DNA of 64,000 nt from Candidatus Zixiibacteriota bacterium. GTDB lineage: Bacteria; Zixibacteria; MSB-5A5; DASWLN01. Below are positions 49,463 through 59,558 of the stretch, piece after piece. How positions within the stretch are numbered: position 1 is the stretch's first letter; every line of letters begins with the position of its first letter. The notes under the pieces are model-generated. The model was not told where the DNA came from. It saw only the letters and a program-made list of their open reading frames with translations, and did no database searches. The translations under genes and the position numbers were made by a program. Where the stretch lies: the NCBI GenBank assembly GCA_036396115.1, contig DASWLN010000168.1, positions 72,204 to 136,203 on the forward strand. The letters run 5' to 3'.

Positions 49463-50285
49463 AACAAAGGAAAATCAAACTTCCAAGCCCAGGAAGAGTC
49501 TGGGACAGAATTTCCTCATAAATAAATGGGCGGCGTTAAGCATAGTGAAGAGTTTAAACCTCTCCGATTCAGATATTGTCCTCGAAATCGGAGCAGGCAA
49601 AGGGGCTTTGACTGGATATCTTTTGGAAAGATGCAAGAAGGTTGTAGCAGTGGAGATAGATAAGAGATGGTGTGAATATCTTGAAGATAAGTTCCGAGGT
49701 TTTGAGAATCTTATCATCCTCAACCAGGATATACTAAAGTTGGACTTGAAGAAATATGCACAAGGGAAAAAGATGAAAATAGTGGGGAATATCCCCTATC
49801 ATTTGACCGCCCCCGTGATCTCTTACCTGATAGAGAATAAGAACCTGATATCTCAAGCCCTCCTCACTGTCCAAAGGGAGGTAGCCAAAAGGATCTGTGC
49901 CAAGCCGGGAAGTGGCGACTGGTCACTTCTATCAATCTTCACACAGCTTCACGCTTGTACTAAACTACTTTTTGTTTTGGAACCCAACTGGTTTTTCCCC
50001 CAACCAAAAGTGCATTCCGCAGTGGTTGAGTTGGTTTTCCTAAATGGTTTGGCAGTCGGGGTAGAGAATATCGATTATTTTTTTAAGATAGCCAAAATGA
50101 TATTTCAGCAGAAGAGGAAAATGATAATCAATTCTTTGACATCCGGACTGGATTTATCCAAAAGCGAGATCAAAGAGAAATTTGAAGATATTGGCATAGA
50201 TCCGAGTTTAAGACCTCAGGAGTTAGGTCTGGATAAATTAGCCATTATAAGTTCTGTAATGATAGGCTCTACCAATAAACCTTAG
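49452..50285 (+). CDS. rsmA: 16S rRNA (adenine1518/1519-N6)-dimethyltransferase
   Basis: LGQNFL, EIGAGKGALT and GNIPY motifs. ATG 49452 is preferred over the track start. Confidence 0.9.
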   Translation: MRSKTKENQTSKPRKSLGQNFLINKWAALSIVKSLNLSDSDIVLEIGAGKGALTGYLLERCKKVVAVEIDKRWCEYLEDKFRGFENLIILNQDILKLDLKKYAQGKKMKIVGNIPYHLTAPVISYLIENKNLISQALLTVQREVAKRICAKPGSGDWSLLSIFTQLHACTKLLFVLEPNWFFPQPKVHSAVVELVFLNGLAVGVENIDYFFKIAKMIFQQKRKMIINSLTSGLDLSKSEIKEKFEDIGIDPSLRPQELGLDKLAIISSVMIGSTNKP

Positions 50286-50294
50286 GAGGTAATT

Positions 50295-51017
50295 ATGCCT
50301 AAATTAAGTGTTAATGTTGACCATGTGGCAACTTTAAGGGAGGCGCGGAAAGTGGACCAGCCCGACCCGGTGGTTGCCGCTATTATGGCAGAATTAGCTG
50401 GAGCAGATGGGATAACTGTTCATTTGCGCAAGGACAGAAGGCATATCAACGATAGAGACCTGGGGATATTAAGGGAGGTGATAAAAAGTTCTCTCAATCT
50501 GGAGATGGCCGCAACCGAGGAAATGGTGGAGCGGGCGATTGAAATTAAGCCGGATATGGTAACCCTGGTGCCGGAGAAAAAAGAGGAGCTCACCACAGAA
50601 GGGGGGTTGGATTTGCAGGCGAATTTCGAAAACCTCTCACAAAGAGTATCCAAACTGCAGATAAATGAGATGTTCGTTAGCTTATTTGTCAATCCGGACA
50701 TGGAAAGCATCAAGCAGGCAGCCAAACTGCGGGCTGATTTTGTGGAAATCAATACAGATGCCTATTCACGTGCCAAAAAATTGAGCCAAAAAATAGAAGA
50801 ACTGGAGAGGATTGAGAGGATAGTCGGTTTGGCCTATAAGTTGGGATTAAGAATAAATGCCGGGCATGGCTTGAACTATACCAACATCTCAGACCTGGTA
50901 ATGATCGAGCATATCGAGGAGTTCTCCATCGGTCATGCTATTGTGGCACGAGCGGTTCTGGTTGGCTTCGAGAGAGCTACCAGAGAGATGCTAGACCTAG
51001 TCAAAAAGAGGGGTTGA
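50295..51017 (+). CDS. pdxJ: Pyridoxine 5-phosphate synthase
   Basis: LSVNVDHVATLR, ITVHLR.DRRHI and NAGHGL motifs. Confidence 0.9.
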   Translation: MPKLSVNVDHVATLREARKVDQPDPVVAAIMAELAGADGITVHLRKDRRHINDRDLGILREVIKSSLNLEMAATEEMVERAIEIKPDMVTLVPEKKEELTTEGGLDLQANFENLSQRVSKLQINEMFVSLFVNPDMESIKQAAKLRADFVEINTDAYSRAKKLSQKIEELERIERIVGLAYKLGLRINAGHGLNYTNISDLVMIEHIEEFSIGHAIVARAVLVGFERATREMLDLVKKRG

Positions 51018-51073
51018 CTTTTAAGTTGAGTTTCTTATCTTATATGAAAATTTAAACTGCCTGACTGTGAATT

Positions 51074-52045
51074 ATGAAACTTGACAAGATATTCGCCCCG
51101 GTAAAAAAGCAACTAGTTTCCTTTGATAAAACCTTAGAGGAGGCGCTTTCCTCTGATTCCTCTTTGATCTTTGAAGTGGTCAAGCACATTTTGGATGGGA
51201 AAGGGAAAAGATTGCGGCCCAGTTTGGTTTTTCTGTGTTGGGGTATGTGCGGAGGTAAGAGTAAGAATGCCACTAAGGTGGCAGTGGCTATTGACTTGAT
51301 TCACAATGCCACCTTGCTGCATGATGATGTCATCGACCAGTCACCAACTCGCCGCGGTAAAGCCTCAGTCAACTGCAAATGGAATAACTTAGTCTCAATT
51401 CTGATGGGAGATTACCTTTTGTCCAAAGCCTTCAAGATAATGAACCAGACCGAGTCTTTGGAGTTGATGAATGATATGTCCAGAGCCACCGAGAATTTGA
51501 CCATAGGAGAATTGAGGCAGGTTCAGGAGGCTAGAAATTATCAACTTAATGAGAAGACCTATCTTAAGATGATTGAGGATAAGACCGCCTCTTTGTTTTC
51601 AGCATCTTGTATGGGTGGAGGGATAACGGCCGGGGCAAAAGAGGAGCAAAGGAAACATCTTAGTGAGTACGGTCGCAATCTGGGCATTACTTTCCAGATC
51701 ACAGATGACGTGTTAGATTTCATAGGGGAATCAAAAAAGACCGGCAAAGGATTGGGGAATGACCTCAAGGAGGGTAAAGTCACTTTGCCTTTAATCTACA
51801 CCCTGAGGCAAGCTGAGGGTGCCACCAAAAGAAGGATAATCCGGCTTCTGGAAAAAGATTTCAATTATCAGGATTTCGTCAAGATCCTCTCTTTAGTCAG
51901 GGAGTATGGGGGAATAGATTATGCCAAATGGAGAGCTGAGATCTTTGGGCAAAAAGCTTTAAGCCATCTTGCTGGATTCAAAAATTCTCCCTATAAACAG
52001 TCCTTAATGGATATGGCTGATTTTGCAGTCAATCGGGATAGGTAA
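51074..52045 (+). CDS. Long-chain polyprenyl diphosphate synthase (IspB-like)
   Basis: LLHDDVID (first DDxxD) and FQITDDVLD (second) motifs. Confidence 0.85.
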   Translation: MKLDKIFAPVKKQLVSFDKTLEEALSSDSSLIFEVVKHILDGKGKRLRPSLVFLCWGMCGGKSKNATKVAVAIDLIHNATLLHDDVIDQSPTRRGKASVNCKWNNLVSILMGDYLLSKAFKIMNQTESLELMNDMSRATENLTIGELRQVQEARNYQLNEKTYLKMIEDKTASLFSASCMGGGITAGAKEEQRKHLSEYGRNLGITFQITDDVLDFIGESKKTGKGLGNDLKEGKVTLPLIYTLRQAEGATKRRIIRLLEKDFNYQDFVKILSLVREYGGIDYAKWRAEIFGQKALSHLAGFKNSPYKQSLMDMADFAVNRDR

Positions 52046-52047
52046 TA

Positions 52048-52210
52048 CTATAGCAAACGCATTAATTACTGTTATATGGTAAGCAATATGCAATTACTTT
52101 TTGAATCCCCCTTATTCCCCCTTTTTCAAAGGGGGAGGTGATTTTTCCCCTCTTTGGAAAAGAGGGGTTAGGGGAGATTTGATTGAACTCGAATAAATGC
52201 GTTTGTATTA
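52048..52210 (+). repeat. MITE-like TIR element, copy E (subfamily 1, shortest plus-orientation copy)
   Basis: CTATAGCAAACGCATT ... CCCCCTTTTTCAAAGGGGG ... CCCCTCTTTGGAAAAGAGGGG ... AATGCGTTTGTATTA. Confidence 0.8.
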
Positions 52211-52233
52211 ATACAGATCCTAGTTATCATATT

Positions 52234-52269
52234 AACCACTGAAAACCAATCAGTGGTTTTTTGTTTTTT
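52234..52269 (+). terminator. Intrinsic terminator
   Basis: Stem AACCACTGA/TCAGTGGTT, 7-nt loop, then TTTTTGTTTTTT. Confidence 0.6.
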
Positions 52270-52328
52270 ATGACGGTTTGTGGTTTTTTCCCTTGAAAAA
52301 AGATAGAACATAGTTTAGATTAGTCTGA

Positions 52329-54015
<1,687 letters not shown>

Positions 54016-54019
<4 letters not shown>

Positions 54020-54804
54020 GCATCTGCAAAGCTTCTGCCTTAGTTTTGAAAAGCATCAACCTGAGAGAAAGTTCCCGCATCGTTACTCTTTACTCCAAGG
54101 AATTCGGAAAGATGAAGGTGGTGGCAAAGGGGATGCTACTGCCCCAGAGCAGATTTGGTGGAAGTTTGGAGAATTTCTCAGAAATCAATATCGTTTTCTA
54201 CAAAAGAGAGAATACCGAGCTTTACATTCTTTCCCAGGTTGATCTGGTTAATCCTTTTCACAAACTCTGTCTGGATTTGGATAGGTTCGCCATCGCCTCG
54301 ACCGGAATGGAGCTTCTGGATAAACTGGTTTCCTGGGAGGAGTCCTCGTCAAAGATTTTTGACTTGAGCTTGGATTTCTTGAGCCAGATCGAATCCACCG
54401 GGAAAAGCAATCTCAAAAAAATCTTATTGGGTTATGTGCTCAAGCTAGTGACCATTTTAGGATACAAACCCGAGTTAGAGGATTGTGTAGCCTGTGATAA
54501 AAAAATCAAAGACAGATTCATTTTTTTTAACCCGGAAAGGGGAGGATTGGTTTGTCCCTCCTGCTTGATAGATGACGGCTTCTACATTAAGTTCACAAGA
54601 GATTCGATAGAAAAGGCAAGCCAGTTGAGGAGATTGTCCTTGAAAAGTGCTGGCAAGATCAAGATGTCTGAAAGCCAGTCAGATGAGGTTCTCTGTGGAA
54701 TTCTGGACTTTTTGGATTTTCATGTTGGTCGAGGAAAGGATTTGAAGTCCATGGAGTTCTTTAAAAGTATAAATTCGGGAGGCATAAGTGAATCAGAAGG
54801 ATAA
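54016..54804 (+). CDS. recO: DNA repair protein RecO
   Basis: N-terminal OB-fold-like region and C..C...C..C zinc motif (CVACDKK...CPSC). Confidence 0.8.
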
Positions 54805-54808
54805 CGTA

Positions 54809-56095
54809 ATGGAGAAAATAGTTTCACTCTGTAAAAGAAGGGGGTTTGTCTTTCAGTCCAGCGAGATCTATGGTGGAATAAATAGTTGCTGGGACTATGG
54901 TCCTCTGGGAGTTGAGCTTAAAAGAAACATCAAGGATTATTGGTGGAGATGTATGACTCAACTAAGAAATGATGTGGTTGGAATCGATGCCAGCATCATT
55001 ATGCATCCCAGAGTTTGGGAAACATCCGGGCATGTGGCAGGCTTTGTTGACCCTTTGGTTGATTGCAGGAAATGTAAGCAAAGATTCAAGGCTGACCAGT
55101 TGAAAGAAAACAAGTGCCCTGAATGCGGAGGGGAGTTGACTTCTGCCCGTCAATTCAACTTAATGTTCAAAACTCATTTGGGACCGGTGGAGGATGATGC
55201 CTCCATCGCTTATTTAAGGCCTGAGACCGCACAAGGAATTTATGTCAATTTCTTAAACGTGCTCGGTCCTTCCCGTCAGAAAATTCCTTTTGGCATTGCC
55301 CAGATAGGTAAAGCTTTTCGCAATGAAATCTCTCCAGGAAATTTTGTCTTCCGCTCGAGGGAATTTGAGCAGATGGAGATGCAGTACTTTGTCCATCCCA
55401 AAGAGGATGTGAAATGGTTAGAATATTGGAAAAACGAAAGGATGAATTGGTATCTGGGTTTGGGTGTAAGAGAAGAGAATTTAAAACTTCATCAGCACAC
55501 TAAAAAGGAATTGGCTTTTTATGCCAAGGATGCGTTTGACATAGAATACAATTTCCCTTTTGGCTGGCAGGAGATAGAAGGGATTCACAATCGAACTGAC
55601 TTTGACCTTTCCCGTCATAGCCAAGCCACTGGAAAAGACCTCTCCTATTTTGATGACCAGACCAAAGAAAAATATATCCCCTACATAATTGAAACTTCAG
55701 CCGGAGTGGATAGGAGCTTGCTTGTCTTTTTAGTGGATGCTTATTACGAGGAGGAAGTAAAAGGTGAAAAAAGAGTAGCCCTGCGGCTTGACCCCAAAAT
55801 CGCACCGATAAAAGCGGCAATTCTACCTTTGGTGAAAAGGGATAATATGCCAGAGATTGCTCAAGATATATATAAAAAGTTGAAACCACATTTTAATGTC
55901 TTCTATGATGAAGGTGGGGCAGTTGGCAGACGCTATCGTCGTCAGGACGAAATCGGCACACCTTTTTGCATAACCATTGATTCCCAAACCTTACAAGACA
56001 ACACCGTAACCTTGCGTGAAAGGGATTCGATGGAGCAGGTGAGAGTTAAAATTGATGATTTACGAGAAGAGTTGGAGAGGAGGATTTGGGGGTAG
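54809..56095 (+). CDS. glyQS: Glycyl-tRNA synthetase (homodimeric class II type)
   Basis: RRGFVFQSSEIYGG, RPETAQG and FRNEISP motifs. ATG 54809 follows AAGGA. Confidence 0.9.
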   Translation: MEKIVSLCKRRGFVFQSSEIYGGINSCWDYGPLGVELKRNIKDYWWRCMTQLRNDVVGIDASIIMHPRVWETSGHVAGFVDPLVDCRKCKQRFKADQLKENKCPECGGELTSARQFNLMFKTHLGPVEDDASIAYLRPETAQGIYVNFLNVLGPSRQKIPFGIAQIGKAFRNEISPGNFVFRSREFEQMEMQYFVHPKEDVKWLEYWKNERMNWYLGLGVREENLKLHQHTKKELAFYAKDAFDIEYNFPFGWQEIEGIHNRTDFDLSRHSQATGKDLSYFDDQTKEKYIPYIIETSAGVDRSLLVFLVDAYYEEEVKGEKRVALRLDPKIAPIKAAILPLVKRDNMPEIAQDIYKKLKPHFNVFYDEGGAVGRRYRRQDEIGTPFCITIDSQTLQDNTVTLRERDSMEQVRVKIDDLREELERRIWG

Positions 56096-56123
56096 GCTAA
56101 AAATTAAATAGAAAGGGGGTTTT

Positions 56124-56534
56124 ATGAAGATTTGTCCGAGATGTGGGAAAGAATTAGAGGATAATGCTATTGTTTGCAAGTATTGCAGTCTCGGTTTTGG
56201 ATTCGGAATTCTTTGGGCGGGTTTGGCAATTATGGTCGGAGTTTTAGGCATTTTAGGACCATTTATTGCATCCACTTTATTGCGGGCTGGTCCGGGTCTC
56301 ATTGAGATAATAGCCCTGGCGGTTATCTCCGTTATTTTGATTGTGGCTGGAATCCTAGTTTTGAAAAAAAGAAAGCTCGGCTTATATATAGTATTTGTAC
56401 TGATACCTATTGACATTATATCCTCTTTCATAGCTCTCTTAACAGGAGGCGATTTTGTTTGGTTTTTGATATCTTTTATTCTCGGTTCGCTGTGGCTTTG
56501 GTATTTTTATAGAAGAAGGTATATGTTTAAGTAA
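56124..56534 (+). CDS. Zinc-ribbon membrane protein, hypothetical
   Basis: CPRCG...CKYC N-terminal zinc ribbon, then about four hydrophobic segments. Confidence 0.55.
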   Translation: MKICPRCGKELEDNAIVCKYCSLGFGFGILWAGLAIMVGVLGILGPFIASTLLRAGPGLIEIIALAVISVILIVAGILVLKKRKLGLYIVFVLIPIDIISSFIALLTGGDFVWFLISFILGSLWLWYFYRRRYMFK

Positions 56535-56663
56535 CCGACATTTCGGAATGTCGCCTACGGGTTTGTTTTTGTAGGGACAGAACAGTGTTCTGTCCGCATC
56601 CCTTCCGCACGGACAGGTCGCGACCTGTCTCTACGTTAAATATTCAATATTGAGGAGAAAATT

Positions 56664-57365
56664 ATGAAAAAGAAACATTCGATAATCTTTCTGGTTGTAA
56701 TTTTGGCAATATTTCTTTTTATCTTTCCCGTCACCAATGGTCAAAACGAAATACCTTTGCCCAATCCCACTCTAAAAGGTCAAAAAAGTTTTGAAGAAGT
56801 TCTCTCCACTCGCCGCTCGAGAAGAAGCTTTAAAGAGGGGGCTATAGCTTTGAAAGAACTTTCCCAAATTCTTTGGGCGAGCCAAGGAATAACTTCGAAA
56901 GATGGCAAAAGAACCGCACCTTCAGCCGGGGCATTGTATCCTTTGGAAATCTATGTTGTAGTGGGTGAAGTTGAGGGCTTGGAGCCGGGGATTTATCATT
57001 ATGATGCACCCAATCACAAGTTAATAAGAGTAATTGACAAAGATAAAAGAAGCGAATTGAATTTGGCTACTGGGGGAGGCAGGAGAAATATAGAAAATAC
57101 TCCAGTCAGTATTATAATAACCGCCATATATGGAAGAACTACAAAGAAATACGACCAAAGAGGAATAAGATATGTTCACATAGAAGCTGGGGCGGTTTGC
57201 CAGAATATCTATCTGCAAGTGGAAAGCCTGAATCTTTCCACTTTTGTGATGGGAGCATTTGATGACGCCGAAGTCAAAAAAGTGCTGGCACTGAACCAGA
57301 ACGGTTCAGTGCTGGGGGGTGAAGTTGAGCCCATTTTGATTATGCCTATCGGAAAAAGAATTTAA
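56664..57365 (+). CDS. SagB-type/nitroreductase-fold dehydrogenase with an N-terminal signal or anchor
   Basis: RRSRRSF, LSQILWASQG and IEAGAVCQNIYLQ motifs. Hydrophobic N-terminus. Confidence 0.7.
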   Translation: MKKKHSIIFLVVILAIFLFIFPVTNGQNEIPLPNPTLKGQKSFEEVLSTRRSRRSFKEGAIALKELSQILWASQGITSKDGKRTAPSAGALYPLEIYVVVGEVEGLEPGIYHYDAPNHKLIRVIDKDKRSELNLATGGGRRNIENTPVSIIITAIYGRTTKKYDQRGIRYVHIEAGAVCQNIYLQVESLNLSTFVMGAFDDAEVKKVLALNQNGSVLGGEVEPILIMPIGKRI

Positions 57366-57407
57366 TAACAAAACCCACCATAAGTTATCTTTCCTGCCCC
57401 TTTTTGT

Positions 57408-57436
57408 TTGACAAAATTTCAAATCTCCCCTATTAT
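57408..57436 (+). promoter_or_regulatory. Sigma-70-type promoter upstream of tilS
   Basis: TTGACA-17 nt-TATTAT. Confidence 0.5.
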
Positions 57437-57474
57437 ATAACTAATTAAGGGCTTATTGAAGAAGTAAGAGATTT

Positions 57475-57569
57475 GTCATTGCGAGTCCCGATTTTATCGG
57501 GGCGAAGCAATCTCGATTCGAAAAAGAGATTGCTTCGTTTCCCGCCTGTGGCAGGATCCTCGCAATGAC
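57475..57569 (+). repeat. 95-nt closed multi-hairpin module in the predicted tilS leader
   Basis: Closing stem GTCATTGCGAG/CTCGCAATGAC (11 bp). Inner stems are CCCGAT/ATCGGG and CGAAGCAATCTC/GAGATTGCTTCG (12 bp). Confidence 0.7.
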
Positions 57570-57622
57570 CGAAAACGGCGTTCGGCAATAACCTCTTAAT
57601 CCACCTAAAAATAGCTAACCTT

Positions 57623-59020
57623 ATGGAAGTCAAAAACTCTTTTGTAAAAAAGGTCGAAAAGACCATCCAGCACTACAAAATGCTGCAACAGGGCGATAAA
57701 GTTCTGGCTGCGGTTTCAGGTGGACCGGACTCAGTTGCCCTCTTGCATACTCTAAATCTGCTTAAAGATATATTTAAGATTAAGCTTATAGTGGGACATA
57801 TAAATCACCAGCTTAGAGCTAGCGAGTCAGATAAAGATGAAAAATTCGTCAAAGCTTTATCTGAAAAACTGAATTTAAAATGTTTTTCCAAATCAATTGA
57901 AGTTAAAAAAACAGCCCAGAAGAAGAAAATATCAATTGAGGATTGTGCCCGTCAAATGCGTTATTCTGCTTTAGAGAGCATAGCCAATAAAACCAAAGCC
58001 GACAAAGTTGCTTTAGGGCATAACTTAGATGACCAGGCTGAAACCATCCTGATTCGCTTAATCCGAGGCTCGGGACCATTGGGTTTGTGCGGCATACCGG
58101 CAGTCAGAGGAAAACTCATTCGACCTCTTATTCAAACGAAAAGAGAGGAGATAGAGAATTTCCTGAAAGATAATCTCTGGGAGTGGAGAGTTGATTGGTC
58201 TAACTTCAATATGGATTATTTAAGAAATAGGGTCAGGTTGAAACTTTTGTCCTTAATCAAAAAGGAGTTCAATCCCAACATAGTTGAGGTTTTAGCCCGG
58301 ACAGCTCAACTTTTGTCAGAAGAGAAAGATTATCTTACGAATCAGATTGAAAAAGCATTCAGGGATGCAGTTTCAAGCCAAGATAGCGAGAAAATAGTGC
58401 TTGATTTAAAAAAACTGATTGGTTATGATATATATTTAAAGACAAATGTCATCCGCTTAGCTTTCAATCGCTTAAGCGGCGATCTGGATTTTCCATCCTT
58501 TTCCATAGTTCAAAGAGCGACTGGTCTCCTGGAGGAAAGAAAAGCGGGAAAGAGGGTGGAGTTGGGTAAGAACATCTGGGTTGAAGTCTCATCTGATGCC
58601 CTGATAGTGTATAAATCAAGAAAACCAGCTAAGGCGCATTGGGTCAAACTTCCGGGCAAACTCGAAATTGATAATCTAAAGTTAAAATCAGAGGTCATTC
58701 AGCGACCTAAGCTGCCCAAAAAGATAAAGTCAAACAGCCCGTGGATCGCCTATCTGGATTGGGATAAGTTATCTTCTCCGTTTGGGTTAAGGCACAGGAA
58801 AAATAAGGATTGGTTTATACCTTTGGGGCTTGGGGGCAGCAAAACCTTAGCTGATTTCTTAATTGACTTGAAAGTTCCGAGAATGGAAAGGGATGAGATT
58901 TTCCTTTTAACTTCAAAGAACAGAATCGCCTGGGTGATTGGACAGAGAATCGACGATAGATTTAAAGTCAACTCCAATACCAAAGAGGTTTTAAAAATAG
59001 AAGCGTTTCTTGAAAACTAA
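57623..59020 (+). CDS. tilS: tRNA(Ile)-lysidine synthetase
   Basis: SGGPDS PP-loop motif and a C-terminal TilS domain. Confidence 0.9.
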   Translation: MEVKNSFVKKVEKTIQHYKMLQQGDKVLAAVSGGPDSVALLHTLNLLKDIFKIKLIVGHINHQLRASESDKDEKFVKALSEKLNLKCFSKSIEVKKTAQKKKISIEDCARQMRYSALESIANKTKADKVALGHNLDDQAETILIRLIRGSGPLGLCGIPAVRGKLIRPLIQTKREEIENFLKDNLWEWRVDWSNFNMDYLRNRVRLKLLSLIKKEFNPNIVEVLARTAQLLSEEKDYLTNQIEKAFRDAVSSQDSEKIVLDLKKLIGYDIYLKTNVIRLAFNRLSGDLDFPSFSIVQRATGLLEERKAGKRVELGKNIWVEVSSDALIVYKSRKPAKAHWVKLPGKLEIDNLKLKSEVIQRPKLPKKIKSNSPWIAYLDWDKLSSPFGLRHRKNKDWFIPLGLGGSKTLADFLIDLKVPRMERDEIFLLTSKNRIAWVIGQRIDDRFKVNSNTKEVLKIEAFLEN

Positions 59021-59030
59021 ACTAAAAGTG

Positions 59031-59555
59031 ATGGAAAAAATAAAAGTAAAGAAAATAATATCTAAATCCCAAATTCAAAAAAGAGTAAAGAAACTATCCC
59101 AAACGATTTCGAGAGATTATATCAAAAGAGACCTGATTTTGGTTGGCATCCTGAAAGGGAGTTTCGTATTCTTAGCGGACTTGACCAGAAACCTTAAAAT
59201 TCATCATCAGGTTGATTTCATCTCGGTGACAAGTTATGGTTCTTCCACACGTGCCAGCGGCATTGTGAGGATACTTAAAGACTTAAGCGTCAATATTCAA
59301 AACAGGGATGTATTGATTGTGGAAGACATAGTTGATTCCGGTTTAACTTTGAACTATATCATAAAGAATTTCAAAACTCGTCAACCCAAGAGCCTAAAGG
59401 TGATAACTCTCCTGAATAAAAAAAAGAAAAGAGAGGTGTCTATACCTTTAAAATATATCGGCTTTGATATCCCGGATGAGTTCGTGGTGGGATACGGGCT
59501 GGATTTGAATGAGAGATTCAGAAATCTACCTTTCATAGCCAAGATAGAAAAATAG
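59031..59555 (+). CDS. hpt: Hypoxanthine phosphoribosyltransferase
   Basis: LIVEDIVDSGLTL PRPP-binding motif. tilS-hpt-ftsH order. Confidence 0.9.
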   Translation: MEKIKVKKIISKSQIQKRVKKLSQTISRDYIKRDLILVGILKGSFVFLADLTRNLKIHHQVDFISVTSYGSSTRASGIVRILKDLSVNIQNRDVLIVEDIVDSGLTLNYIIKNFKTRQPKSLKVITLLNKKKKREVSIPLKYIGFDIPDEFVVGYGLDLNERFRNLPFIAKIEK

Positions 59556-59558
59556 AGG

